64,000 nt of DNA, taken from contig OZ253580.1 of the NCBI GenBank assembly GCA_965263035.1, positions 1,920,001 through 1,984,000 of the forward strand. Direction: 5' to 3'. Source of the stretch: Acidobacteriota bacterium (GTDB taxonomy: Bacteria > Acidobacteriota > UBA6911 > RPQK01 > JAJDTT01). Below, one piece after another: positions 20,263 through 30,097 of the stretch (position 1 is the stretch's first letter; the number at the start of each line of letters is the position of its first letter). The notes under the pieces are model-generated. The model was given only the letters and a program-made list of their open reading frames with translations. It searched no databases and was not told the DNA's origin. A program made the translations under genes and the position numbers.

Positions 20263-21147
20263 ATGCGCGCCGCAGGCTTGAAGCACAGCGTCTACGTGCA
20301 GATCGCCGGAGTGGTCCTGACCGCTCCCGCCATTCTGCTGCTGTCGCTGGTGGTCGTGCTCCCGTTCATCACCGCGGCTTGGTGGAGCCTCTCGCCCGAA
20401 CCGGGTTCGGATCCGACCCTGGCCGGCTATCGCTGGCTCCTGAACCCCGCGTTTTTCGCAGCCTTCAAGAACAGCCTCACCATCGGCGTGTTCTCGGTTC
20501 TCCTGGAGCTCTTGATCGCCATTCCGGCGGCGATCCTGCTCAACCAGGCCATCCCGGCCCGCGGCTTCTGCCGGGCGGCCCTGATGCTGCCCTGGGCGGT
20601 TCCCACCATTGCCGTGGCCGCCGCGTTCCTGTGGCTTGCCAACACCAACTACGGGCTGTTCAACCAGTTGGGACTCGGCCTGGGGCTGCTGGAGGCTCCC
20701 ATCGCGTTTCTGGGATCTCCGGCGCTGGCCCTGCCCAGCGTAACCGTCGCCCACGCCTGGAAGGGCCTGCCGCTGGTCTTCGTCATCATTCTGTCGGCTC
20801 TCCAATCGCTGCCTCCCGAACTGATGGAAGCGGCCCGGGTGGACGGCGCCGGCCGGATGGCTCAGTTCACCCATGTGATTCTGCCCCATCTCAAGCCCTC
20901 CATCGCCCTGGCGGCGGTGCTCTCGGGAATCTACAACTTCTCCCTCTTCGACATCACCTTCCTGCTGACCGGGGGCGGACCGGCGGGTGAGACCACGACC
21001 CTTCCCCTGCTGCTCTACACCCAGGAGTTCAAGGCTCTGGACACGGGGCGGGCGGCGGTGGTGGGAGTCTCGATCTTTGCCGCCGGCCTGATGGCGCTGG
21101 CGGCTCTCGGGTGGAGTTCTTTCGCCCCGAAGTCCCGGAGAACCTGA
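20263..21147 (+). CDS. Carbohydrate ABC transporter permease
   Basis: EAA motif ELMEAARVDGA; LPWAVP; transmembrane segments. Confidence 0.92.
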   Translation: MRAAGLKHSVYVQIAGVVLTAPAILLLSLVVVLPFITAAWWSLSPEPGSDPTLAGYRWLLNPAFFAAFKNSLTIGVFSVLLELLIAIPAAILLNQAIPARGFCRAALMLPWAVPTIAVAAAFLWLANTNYGLFNQLGLGLGLLEAPIAFLGSPALALPSVTVAHAWKGLPLVFVIILSALQSLPPELMEAARVDGAGRMAQFTHVILPHLKPSIALAAVLSGIYNFSLFDITFLLTGGGPAGETTTLPLLLYTQEFKALDTGRAAVVGVSIFAAGLMALAALGWSSFAPKSRRT

Positions 21148-22049
21148 TGGGCACAGGTATCCGAGGAGTCCTCGGCTCAGGCGCCGCACGGACGATCCCT
21201 GCTGCCTCCGCCGCCCGGCGCCGGCGCTCCCGCATGCTGGCGTTTCTGGCGCTGGTCATGACCCTGGCGATTCTCTTCCCGTTTCTCTGGATCGTGCTCT
21301 CCTCCTTCCGGGACCCCCAGAACTTCCTGACACTGGATCTGCGAGACGCCCTGCCCCGGAGCCTGGACCTCTCCAGCTACCGGCTGGCTCTGGGCCGGAC
21401 CGATCTCTTCAGGTGGGTGGCGAACAGCCTGCTGGTGGCGGCTTCGACGACGATGCTGTCGCTGCTGGTCTCGGCCCCGGCGGCCTTCGCCCTGAGCCGG
21501 CTCGAATTCCGAGGCCAGGCTGCCGTGCAGTGGTTCAGCATGATCAGCTACGCCGTGCCCTCCATCATCATCGTGGTTCCGCTGTTCCTGATCCTGGTGA
21601 AGCTGGGCCTGAACAACTCCTATGCCGGCCTGATCCTGGTCCACGCCACCTTCACCATCCCCTTCTCCACCTGGGTCCTGCGCGACTTCTACCGGTCGAT
21701 TCCGCCCGACCTGGAGGAGGCGGCCTACGTCGACGGAGCCGGTCTGTTCCAGGTGCTCCGATACATCGTCCTCCCCTTGTCGGTCCCGGGCCTGCTGGCT
21801 GCGGGCGCCTACGCCTTCATCCTGTCCTGGAACGACTTCCTGTTCGCCCTCGTGATCATGGACGAAGCGGCCGCGTATACTGCCCCGGTGGGCGTGCACG
21901 CCTATTTCACCGGCCGGTTCCTGGGGGAGTCGACCTGGGCCCAGCTGATGGCCGCGTCCTCCATCGTCAGTCTCCCCAGTGTCCTCCTCTTCGGGTTCTT
22001 CCAGCGTTACCTGGTGTCCGGATACCTGAGGTCGGGTGTGAAGGGATGA
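21147..22049 (+). CDS. Carbohydrate ABC transporter permease
   Basis: DLEEAAYVDGA and FILSWNDFLFA. ATG 21147 overlaps the preceding TGA. Confidence 0.92.
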   Translation: MGTGIRGVLGSGAARTIPAASAARRRRSRMLAFLALVMTLAILFPFLWIVLSSFRDPQNFLTLDLRDALPRSLDLSSYRLALGRTDLFRWVANSLLVAASTTMLSLLVSAPAAFALSRLEFRGQAAVQWFSMISYAVPSIIIVVPLFLILVKLGLNNSYAGLILVHATFTIPFSTWVLRDFYRSIPPDLEEAAYVDGAGLFQVLRYIVLPLSVPGLLAAGAYAFILSWNDFLFALVIMDEAAAYTAPVGVHAYFTGRFLGESTWAQLMAASSIVSLPSVLLFGFFQRYLVSGYLRSGVKG

Positions 22050-22064
22050 AGGAGGAGCCGACCG

Positions 22065-23159
22065 TTGGCTGAAGTCGGACTGAAGGGGGTCACCAAGACC
22101 TATTCGGGAGACGTCCTGGCGGTGTCGGACCTGACGCTGCAGGTGGAGCACGGCCAGTTCGCGGTTCTCCTGGGGCCTTCCGGATGCGGCAAGTCCACGA
22201 CGCTGCGCCTGATCGCCGGGCTGGAAGAACCGGACCGGGGCGAGATCCTCATCGGCGGCGAGGTGGTCAATCACCTGCCTCCCCAGAAACGGGACCTGGC
22301 CATGGTGTTCCAGTCCTACGCCCTCTATCCCCACATGAGCGTCGCTCGGAACATGGGATTCGGCTTGAAGATGCGGGGGGTACCCGCCGCCGAGAGCCGG
22401 GACCGGGTCCGGGCCGCCGCCCGGCTCCTGGGCCTGGACGAGCTGCTGGAACGCTACCCGAGCCAGCTTTCCGGGGGACAGAAGCAACGGGTGGCGCTGG
22501 GCCGCGCCATCGTGCGCAAGCCGGCGGTGTTCCTGCTGGACGAACCGCTCTCCAACCTGGATGCCCAACTTCGGACCGAGACCCGGATCGAGCTGCTGAA
22601 ACTGCAACGTCAATTGAACGGCACCTTCATCCTGGTGACCCACGACCAGGTGGAGGCGATGATGCTGGCGGACGTCATCGCCGTGATGAAGGACGGGACG
22701 CTGCAGCAGACGGGGACGCCGGAGGAGATCTACGCCAAACCGGCCAACCTGTTCGTGGCCGGGTTCGTCGGCTCCCCGCCCATGAACCTCGTTCCCGGGG
22801 ATCTGGTCAGGGAGGACGGCGCCTGCTCCTTCCGGGGGGAGTTCTCCCTCGGCCTGCCTCAGCTGAATCAGAGGCAGCGGAGCCCCGAGCCGGCCTTACC
22901 CATCGTCCTGGGCTTCCGTCCCGAGGCGGCGCATGTCTCCTCCAGCGGCGACATGCGTTTGCGGGTCGAGCTGGTGGAGAACCGCGGAAGCCAGAAATTC
23001 CTCTACGGCTCCGCGGAAGGGGGGCAGAGGCTGAGTGTCGCGGCGGACCCCGGCTCTTCGGTCCGATCCGGGGAGACCATTTCCATTACGATCACTCTGG
23101 AACACCTCCTCTTCTTCGACGCCGCGACCGGAAACCGGATCGGCCCGGAAACGATTTGA
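22065..23159 (+). CDS. ABC transporter ATP-binding protein (MalK/UgpC type)
   Basis: GPSGCGKS, LSGGQKQRVA, LLDEPLSNLDA and VTHDQ. Confidence 0.95.
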   Translation: MAEVGLKGVTKTYSGDVLAVSDLTLQVEHGQFAVLLGPSGCGKSTTLRLIAGLEEPDRGEILIGGEVVNHLPPQKRDLAMVFQSYALYPHMSVARNMGFGLKMRGVPAAESRDRVRAAARLLGLDELLERYPSQLSGGQKQRVALGRAIVRKPAVFLLDEPLSNLDAQLRTETRIELLKLQRQLNGTFILVTHDQVEAMMLADVIAVMKDGTLQQTGTPEEIYAKPANLFVAGFVGSPPMNLVPGDLVREDGACSFRGEFSLGLPQLNQRQRSPEPALPIVLGFRPEAAHVSSSGDMRLRVELVENRGSQKFLYGSAEGGQRLSVAADPGSSVRSGETISITITLEHLLFFDAATGNRIGPETI

Positions 23160-23327
23160 AGCGAGCGGCATCCCTCGTCCTTCCATCCTCATTGTTCAGG
23201 ACGCTCCGATTCGTCTCGATCCCCAACGGCGGGAAAAGGGGACCCGGCGGAAGAAGGGGACTGTGACCTTCTCTACTGTCGCAGCGTACGGCTATGAGCG
23301 TAGCCAACCGTCCTGTGTACTATCCTC

Positions 23328-23795
23328 GTGACTATGGAGATCCGTCCCGCAGCACTATCCGATCTCGATACCGTCGTTGAATTCAACGCGCGTCTGGCGC
23401 AGGAATCGGAAGGAGTACATTTGGACAAGGACCGACTGAGAGCGGGGGTCGCTACGCTGTTGCGTGACGAGTCACTGGGCCTTTACTTCATAGCGGAGTC
23501 AGAGTCCGGCCCGGCCGGGCAGCTGGCGCTGACATACGAATGGAGCGACTGGAGGAACGGCATGTTCTGGTGGCTTCAAAGTGTCTACGTGCGCCCGGAA
23601 TTCCGCCGCAAAGGGGTTCTGCGCGCTCTCTACGGCCACGTTCTGGAGATGGCGAAGGACCGCAGCGTGTGCGGGATCCGACTGTACGTCGAGAAGGAAA
23701 ACCTCACTGCTCAAGAGGCGTACCGACAGCTGGGAATGGCCCGGGCAGTGTTTCACATGTACGAAGTTGATTTCGTGATCGCCCGAGAGCACTAA
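23328..23795 (+). CDS. GNAT family N-acetyltransferase
   Basis: TYEWSDWRNG, QSVYVRPEFRRKGV and RLYVEKEN. Confidence 0.92.
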   Translation: MTMEIRPAALSDLDTVVEFNARLAQESEGVHLDKDRLRAGVATLLRDESLGLYFIAESESGPAGQLALTYEWSDWRNGMFWWLQSVYVRPEFRRKGVLRALYGHVLEMAKDRSVCGIRLYVEKENLTAQEAYRQLGMARAVFHMYEVDFVIAREH

Positions 23796-23967
23796 GTCGT
23801 GACTCGATGGACGAAGTGAAGTAGGCGGACGCCGCAAGAGCGCCTCCCACAGTTTCACTGCGGCATTTCCATACGCACCTTCACGACACATAAGGAATCA
23901 GCTGTGACAAAGGAGAAGGGGAGGGTTACCTTCTCTACGAGTTTGACCACCACAGCGGCCCCACGGG

Positions 23968-25273
23968 TCATTCCCCCCTTCGTATCACCGGCACGCCGCC
24001 AGACGGTGCAAATGTAATGCCCCGTCGCACCACCCGAACCGGATGGCGCGGGTCCGGCCGCAGGGTCACGCGAGTCAACACGCGGGCCAGTACGATCTTC
24101 ATCTCATAGCTGGCGAGCGCCGCGCCGAGGCAGTGCCGCACTCCACCACCAAACGGAAAAAATCTATAGGGATCGACTCGCCGCCCCACAAATCGGGCCG
24201 GATTGAACAACTCCGGCTCGGACCACAGTTCGGGGCGCCGGTGAGTGAGGTAGATGCATGGAGTGGCGACACTGCCCGCCGGCAGCTCGTAGTCTCCAAT
24301 ACACATGTCCGTTTCAAGATGACGGACGACAATGGGCACGACTGGGTTGAGGCGCGCCGTCTCTTTGATGACGGCGTCCAGATATCTGAGTTCGCCGATT
24401 TGCTCTGCTGTCAGCTTGGATGTATGAGGCCCGTTTCCGCTCACCGATGCCACCTCGGCTTGCGCGGTTGCCAGCACGTTCGGGTTTTGCAACAGATGGT
24501 GAATCACCCAGGCCATCGAGGTGGCGGCGGTTTCATGACCGGCTACGAGTACCGTCATCAATTCATCCCGAATCTCCTCATTGCTCATGGGCCGACCGTC
24601 GTCGTAGCGCGCGGCGACGAGCATGGCCACAATGTCGTTCCGCTCTTCCTGCTTTGACTCTTTGCGACGGGCTATCTCGTGGTACAACAATCGATCGATA
24701 CGGCGAAGTTGAGTCACGCGTTTCCAGAACGTGAGCGGTCCCCAGTTGAAGTTCATCCAGCGGATCAACAGCGTTCGCAGACGCGACAGCAGCGCAGCAT
24801 CATGGACGCCGAAAACGATGCGCAGGATAGCGTCCAGGGTGATGTTCTGCAGGCGCGGGTGAAGTCGGAAAAGACATTCCGACCGGCCAGGCATCGATCG
24901 ATCGATCGGCCATTTCACACATGATGTCGCCGTAGAGCCGGAGGCGCTCGCCGTGAAACGGCGGCAGGAGCAGCTTTCGCTCGCGCTGGTGTCGAGCACC
25001 GTCGAGCAGCAGTATCGAGTTGGGGCCCACGAGCGGTTTGAAAATCCTCTTTTGGGCCTGCCCGGCCCGCAGGTGTTCGGGGTCGCCGGTGAAAACTTGC
25101 TTGATGGCTGCCGGGTCGGTGAAAAATACCATCGGCGGAAGGCCGATCAGGCGAATGGTGAAGGCGTCGCCATAAGCCTCGGCACATGCCCGCATGAATG
25201 GGATGGGACGGAAGATCCAGTTGTACGTCTGCAAGAGGCGCGGGACTTTCGGTCCAGGCGGCAACTCGGCCAT
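23968..25273 (-). pseudogene. Cytochrome P450, frameshifted near 24865
   Basis: N-half LPPGPK..LLPPFHGERL (24800..25273) and C-half AGHETA, ETAR, FFPFGGGVRHCLG (23968..24999) are in different frames. Removing one base gives ..SFPLHPRLQNITLD. Confidence 0.85.
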
Positions 25274-25380
25274 ATAACCAGTCTATCCCGCTTTTCCTAC
25301 CACTGGAGCAATCCGGTGAGCTTTTCGATGCTCGCAGGGACGACACCATGGGCGGCAGAAGGGGACAGTTACCTTCTCCT

Positions 25381-25620
25381 TTTTTTGACGCCCTGGTTGC
25401 CCGGCACGCCGCCGTGCTCGATCCCTTCCAGTCGGTGCGGGGAGTGCGGCATCCGTTCGGGCAAGGGTGGATCCCCGAGGTGAGGATCCGCCAGGCCCGG
25501 AAGGTTTTCGCCTACATCGAGGGGGCCGGGCTCATCGATGCGTCCATGGTCTCGCCCCCGTTCCGGGCTGGAGAGCGCCGCTTCATCTCACTGACCCATC
25601 GGCGGCTGTCGCCTCACGCC
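25381..25620 (+). pseudogene. Tyrosine recombinase fragment, apparently internally deleted
   Basis: FFDALVARHAAVLDPFQSVRGV..PEVRIRQARKVF is joined directly to AYIEGAGL..FRAG..LT. The AYIEGAGL segment is shared with the fragment at 34622. Confidence 0.6.
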
Positions 25621-26002
25621 AGACCACAGAGGGACATAAGGAGAAGGGGACAGTTACTTTCTCTACGAGTTTGTGGGGACTCCACCCAGGGAGCGGACTC
25701 GGAGCCGGCGCCCGAGCGAGTACAATTTCAACAGCGGATGAGATTCAAAGCGATCCTCAAACGCAGATGTCCACGATGTTTGCGTGGGCAGGTTTTCGCC
25801 TCGGCATTTCGTATGAGGCGGAACTGCGGTGTCTGCGACCTGAGATTCGAACGTCACGAACCAGGGTACTTTGTGGGTGCACTCTACTTCGCCTACGGAT
25901 TGGCGGTGCTGTTGGGCACTCCTCCTGCTGCCTATCTCTGGTGGCAGGGATTTTCGATAGAGGTTAACGCGCTTGTGATCACGGGAGAACTGATTATTTT
26001 AT

Positions 26003-26140
26003 GGGGCTTATATACCTAAGTGCCATTGGCATACAGTTCTGGCACCACGCTTTCCCCAACGAGATACGTTCCGGTGCCCAGGGCAAGAACCCCAGCCCTG
26101 AGAATGTTCAGGGCGGCATTGTGGTCCCTGTCCATTCCAA
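26003..26140 (-). ncRNA. Putative TnpB omega-RNA scaffold overlapping the tnpB 3' end (boundaries approximate)
   Basis: A near-identical nucleotide block is shared with 57160-57216, and a stem (26041-46/26073-78) co-varies between the two copies. Its position matches known TnpB guide-RNA loci. Confidence 0.55.
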
Positions 26141-27191
26141 GTCCGCAGGCCCTGCACCGGAAGGTTTCGCTCCGTCCTGGATCGTGGCGGGCGCCGCACC
26201 GGTGGCAGTCCTGCGATGTATATGCGGGATTCACTTCTACGAACTTCCGACCGGCCCATTCTGCCTTGTACTGGAGTTGATTCCGCAGAAGCCCCCATGA
26301 TTGCGTCATTATTTCTCGATTCAGCCCCTTCTTCTTCGAGCCCTTCGTCACCATCCCTTGGATGTTCAGTTTCTCCACAGCGATCAGACCGTGCTCACGA
26401 ATGATCCTGGTGGAGAGACGATGGCAGGCATTACGGTTTCGGACCGATTCCCGGTGACGGAGCCGAGATAGCTGTACGATCCGTTTCCGTCTGGTCTTGG
26501 AAATCTTCTTGCACCTGGAGACCTTTCTCTGCTGCTTTCGGATCTCCCCCCAGTCCCGTCGATTCCGTTCGATCCTCTCACCCGTGGACAGCACCGCTCG
26601 CTTGCGGACTCCCAGGTCGATCCCCACCGAAGACTCGCATTTCGGTAGCGGCGGCTTCTCCACCTCGTAGGTCAGGTCCACATACACCCGGTTCGGCTTG
26701 CGGACAATCCGCAACGCTTTCAACGGGCATCCGTCCGGCAACGGCCGGGAGGGAAATATCCGGATCGTCGGAAAGCCCTTGGGCCGGATGGCGTAGCCCC
26801 GAGCGCGCTTCTTCACCAGGGTCGCTTTGGGGTCGACGACGTCGATGGTCTCCATCCTCGCAATGGGCCGGAATCGAGGATACCCCGGCTTCTCCCCCGC
26901 CTTGCAGCGACGGAAGAACGCCTTGAAGGCCCGGTCCAACCGAACCAGCATCCCCCGCTCCGCCTTGACCGCCACTGACCCGAGCCCCTCCGGATCCTCC
27001 TTCCTTTTGGAGGTCAACCCCTTCATCTGATCGTACAGGGTCACGCCGCGTTGCTCGGATTCCCAGGCCGTCCTGTGTTCCTCCAGTGCAGCGTTGTACA
27101 GCCGATTCAGGATGGACCTCACCCCGTCCAACCGCCGGATTCCACCCTTGGACAGCTTGGCTCTGCACTGGATAGTTGCGTGGCCTTTCAT
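26016..27191 (-). CDS. tnpB: RNA-guided endonuclease TnpB
   Basis: RLYNAAL, KPGYPRF, RuvC motifs GIDLG / IAVEKL / DRDHNAALNI, YTSQDC and zinc finger CHRC..CRAC. Confidence 0.95.
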   Translation of the reverse strand: MKGHATIQCRAKLSKGGIRRLDGVRSILNRLYNAALEEHRTAWESEQRGVTLYDQMKGLTSKRKEDPEGLGSVAVKAERGMLVRLDRAFKAFFRRCKAGEKPGYPRFRPIARMETIDVVDPKATLVKKRARGYAIRPKGFPTIRIFPSRPLPDGCPLKALRIVRKPNRVYVDLTYEVEKPPLPKCESSVGIDLGVRKRAVLSTGERIERNRRDWGEIRKQQRKVSRCKKISKTRRKRIVQLSRLRHRESVRNRNACHRLSTRIIREHGLIAVEKLNIQGMVTKGSKKKGLNREIMTQSWGLLRNQLQYKAEWAGRKFVEVNPAYTSQDCHRCGARHDPGRSETFRCRACGLGMDRDHNAALNILRAGVLALGTGTYLVGESVVPELYANGT

Positions 27192-27484
27192 GGTAGGAAT
27201 TGTAAACCATCAGCCTGAATTCTCGGCACTTAGGCATATAATCCCCTATTTTATCTCCCTGGATCTTTCAGTACTCTCGAATCCTGTTCCTGCACTTGGA
27301 CCAGCTATTCGATCCCACCTAACTCGGGTGCGCTACTCAAGCTGCCCTACCAAGCTAGCCACGTCGCGGTAGCCCACAGACTCCCATCCACACGGGAGAA
27401 GGGGACAGTTACCTTCTCTACTTGGTGCAGATTGGTGCAGATTTGGTTTTAAAGGCAGCTTGGAGTCATGGCACGTTGTTTCAA

Positions 27485-28354
27485 TCATCGCCCCAGCGCC
27501 AACAGTCGGCGCACGAGTTGTTGACCTTCCAGAGATAGTCCTGGGGATACGGCTAGGTGTTGGGTTCTCGCGACTTGGTCACGGATGGAGCGCACGCGCG
27601 CCTCTGCGAATCCCCGGTCCAGCCCACATGGTGTCCGCTGCACCGCACGCTGCCACAGTTTCTGCACAACCACGAACACGTGCAGCGCGTGGAGCACACC
27701 CTGCACTTTCCGTTCGCAACTCCGCCATGGTGAGAAGGCGACCGTTTTCGCGCGGCCTGATTCGATAAGTTGAATCCGACGTTCAACCAACGACAGTTGC
27801 AAGTGCATCGTTTCGTGGACCAGCGCTTCCGCCGCCCGCTCGATCCTTACGCGAGTCTCGTGGTCTGGCAGGGAGAGGAACACAGAAAAAGGCAGGTTCG
27901 GCCGGCTGTAGCTGCAATCCACCTCGGGGGACGGTGCCTTGAGCAGGTGGACGCAACGCACCAACTGTCCGATGGAGGAGGACAACTCCGGCCAAACAGC
28001 ATGAACAAGGTGCCAAGCTTGTCGTAGGACGCCAATATCCGCCGAAACCGCATAGTCGTCGACTTCGCGCAACGAGAGACCCACAGCGTTAAACTCGGCG
28101 ACAGCTCGGGAGGGAAGGCACTCAAGCAGAACGAGGCCGCCCTTCGCTCCCACTGGCGAGTCGACCTTTCCAACGATCCGCCTCGCTTCGTTGGCGGATC
28201 GCGTCATCATGCGCACCGTGCCGTAGGACTCGAAGTCGAGACCAAGCGGACCCAGGAAGTCGGTGACACCGATCTGGCGCAGTGTCGCAGGCAGGGCCGC
28301 CGTCCAGTAAACGGGATGCAGCAGAATGTCTTCTACAGGATGAACAGCACCCAC
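27485..28354 (-). CDS. aKG-HExxH family peptide-modifying enzyme (putative beta-hydroxylase)
   Basis: SYSRPNLPFSVF, EALVHETMHLQL, FSPWR..R..GVLHALHVF; last gene of the RiPP operon. Confidence 0.85.
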   Translation of the reverse strand: MGAVHPVEDILLHPVYWTAALPATLRQIGVTDFLGPLGLDFESYGTVRMMTRSANEARRIVGKVDSPVGAKGGLVLLECLPSRAVAEFNAVGLSLREVDDYAVSADIGVLRQAWHLVHAVWPELSSSIGQLVRCVHLLKAPSPEVDCSYSRPNLPFSVFLSLPDHETRVRIERAAEALVHETMHLQLSLVERRIQLIESGRAKTVAFSPWRSCERKVQGVLHALHVFVVVQKLWQRAVQRTPCGLDRGFAEARVRSIRDQVARTQHLAVSPGLSLEGQQLVRRLLALGR

Positions 28355-28363
28355 GGTAGGCTA

Positions 28364-28951
28364 CTATCTATCGACTGCATGAAACGAATACACGATGGAG
28401 TATCGCTCACCACGGACTACCTCGCTAACTGCATGATGCGAGCGGTGAGATATCTCGAAGATCAAGGCTTGTTTCGACGCCGGTGCGAGAACCACCCGCA
28501 CATCTTCAGGTTCACGGCCACCGAAGAGCAGCAAGTGACCACCGTCGCCAGCAGCCCAGCCACGATTCAACTGCAATATCAGGCGATGGGTCTCGCCCCC
28601 CTCGAGATAGTCGTCGTGGATCCGAATACGCTGCCCTGCCGTGAGTCGATGGGCTATCATGTCGACGGTCGTCCGGAGTCTCCTCTGGAACAGTTCCGAA
28701 ATCAGCTCACGCATCGCGGCAAAGGTCATGTCGGTGGCCAATTGCGCGATGTCGGAGGGCAACTCTATGTTGCGCATGTCGAATTCGTGTTGAGAATAGA
28801 ATGATTCCTCCGTGAGATTCCACGGAGCTGCACGCTCGAACCACGACAAGGTGGCCTGCTCGACGTCGCTGCGCAAAACTTTCGGCACGACGGAAAACGG
28901 AAAGGGATCCGTTTCGAGGCGGGCACTCGACAAGTCAACAACGGGTCGCAT
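28364..28951 (-). CDS. yhhC: 2OG-Fe(II) oxygenase, YhhC-like RiPP tailoring enzyme
   Basis: FYSQHEF, IRIHDD, ETHRLILQLN, SHHAVSEV and RYSIVYSF; its start overlaps the rSAM gene stop. Confidence 0.85.
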   Translation of the reverse strand: MRPVVDLSSARLETDPFPFSVVPKVLRSDVEQATLSWFERAAPWNLTEESFYSQHEFDMRNIELPSDIAQLATDMTFAAMRELISELFQRRLRTTVDMIAHRLTAGQRIRIHDDYLEGGETHRLILQLNRGWAAGDGGHLLLFGGREPEDVRVVLAPASKQALIFEISHRSHHAVSEVVRGERYSIVYSFHAVDR

Positions 28952-30087
28952 CAGCCTGGAAGGTGAGCGTCCAGGTATCGCCGAACGTGTGAAATCAGAA
29001 ACAGGTGATCAGTGCAGTACACCGAAGGGTTGTCGAAACCCCGTTCGTCGCTCCAACGGTATAGCGGCATCCCTCCGCCACAAACCGAAAGTTCTGGGCA
29101 ATGTAGGCACTGCCTGGCGGTAGGCTGCTGCATCTCGGCATGCTCTCGAAAGGCGGCTGTCCGCGCGATTTCCTGCAATGAATGAGAATGGACTGACCAC
29201 GGTTCATTGTACCGATCTGCGCCGTCGGATGTACTCTTGAGCGTGTCGTTCTTCGTGACAGTCCCATCGGTATCGATTATAAGGATCGCGTGCAAATCTT
29301 GTCCCATCCCCTCCTTCGTTGCCGATCCTCCGAGCAAAAGTTTCACCAAATCATCCAGCACGCGGATCGGTACCGGATCGGGGTCACTCATGTAGACATC
29401 GAAAAGGCCCGCGAGCCATGCCCCTGCCTTGTGCGAATCGAATCCAGTCTTTCCCGGCGGCAGCCGCGAGTGGTTCCCGTCGGGCAAAAGAAAGCTCATC
29501 CCGGGTACACCGAGCCCTCGCAGGAACCAGTAGACTTCGCTGGGATCGCTCGACGGTTCGACGACGCTCAGCGTGCCCGAAAACAACTGTTCGACGGCCG
29601 GGTGCCGTTGCAAGCGACGAATGCCGTCGAGCGTGACCTCGAAGGTCCCTCGCTGATCGAATCGCACGCGGCGAGAATCGTTGATCTTCGCCGGTCCGTC
29701 GAGGCTCACCGAAACCGTGGCGCCGCTGTCCGCAAGAATGTCCAGCCGCCGGTCACTGAGGAGTGTCCCGTTCGTCTGCACCGACAGGGTGCACCCCACG
29801 GGAAGGCAGGTTCGGAGCCCCGTCAGCAACCGTGTCAGCAGTGCTTCTCCTAGCAGCAGTGGCTCGCCGCCGTGAAGTACGACGGCAAAGTCGCGATCTT
29901 GCGCCTGCCGCAATTCGTCGAGACGACGGACTATCGCATCGATCGTCGACTTTGACATGGCGGGCGGCTGACGTCGCCACCCTTGGTCACCCAGCTGGTA
30001 AACGTAACAATAACTGCACGCGATGTTGCAGCGGCTGGCCGTCTTCAGCAGGACGGTGTCGATGGAGACAGTTTTGCCGCCCGACAT
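28951..30087 (-). CDS. yhhB: Cyclophane-forming radical SAM/SPASM peptide maturase, YhhB-like
   Basis: LKTASRCNIACSYCYVY, LHGGEPLL, QTNG, VSLDGP and SPASM CLHC..CGGG..NPSVYC. Confidence 0.92.
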   Translation of the reverse strand: MSGGKTVSIDTVLLKTASRCNIACSYCYVYQLGDQGWRRQPPAMSKSTIDAIVRRLDELRQAQDRDFAVVLHGGEPLLLGEALLTRLLTGLRTCLPVGCTLSVQTNGTLLSDRRLDILADSGATVSVSLDGPAKINDSRRVRFDQRGTFEVTLDGIRRLQRHPAVEQLFSGTLSVVEPSSDPSEVYWFLRGLGVPGMSFLLPDGNHSRLPPGKTGFDSHKAGAWLAGLFDVYMSDPDPVPIRVLDDLVKLLLGGSATKEGMGQDLHAILIIDTDGTVTKNDTLKSTSDGADRYNEPWSVHSHSLQEIARTAAFREHAEMQQPTARQCLHCPELSVCGGGMPLYRWSDERGFDNPSVYCTDHLFLISHVRRYLDAHLPG

Positions 30088-30097
30088 GGCGTCCCGT

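Larger units (their letters stand above)
26003..27246 (-). mobile_element. TIR-bounded, TnpB-only element, copy 1 (1244 bp, 8-bp TSD)
   Basis: TIRs GGGGCTTATATACCTAAGTGCC and GGGGATTATATGCCTAAGTGCC (20/22). TATTTTAT is duplicated at 25995-26002 and 27247-27254. Confidence 0.93.
25738..27322 (+). pseudogene. DUF983-like membrane protein interrupted by the TnpB element
   Basis: MRFKAILKRRCPRC..CGVCDLRFERHEPGYFVGALY. Removing the element plus one TSD copy restores ..GELIIL-SPWIFQYSRILFLHLDQLFDPT* (110 aa). Confidence 0.85.

Noticed and set aside
24893-24908. (ATCG)4 tract as a phase-variation switch in the P450
   Set aside because: The N-terminal frame reads plausibly through it (ADRSIDAWP), and the frameshift maps ~30 bp further on.
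26016-27191. Cas12f/type V CRISPR effector or ordinary IS605/IS1341 element
   Set aside because: No adjacent array or tnpA, and the ends are TIRs with a TSD.
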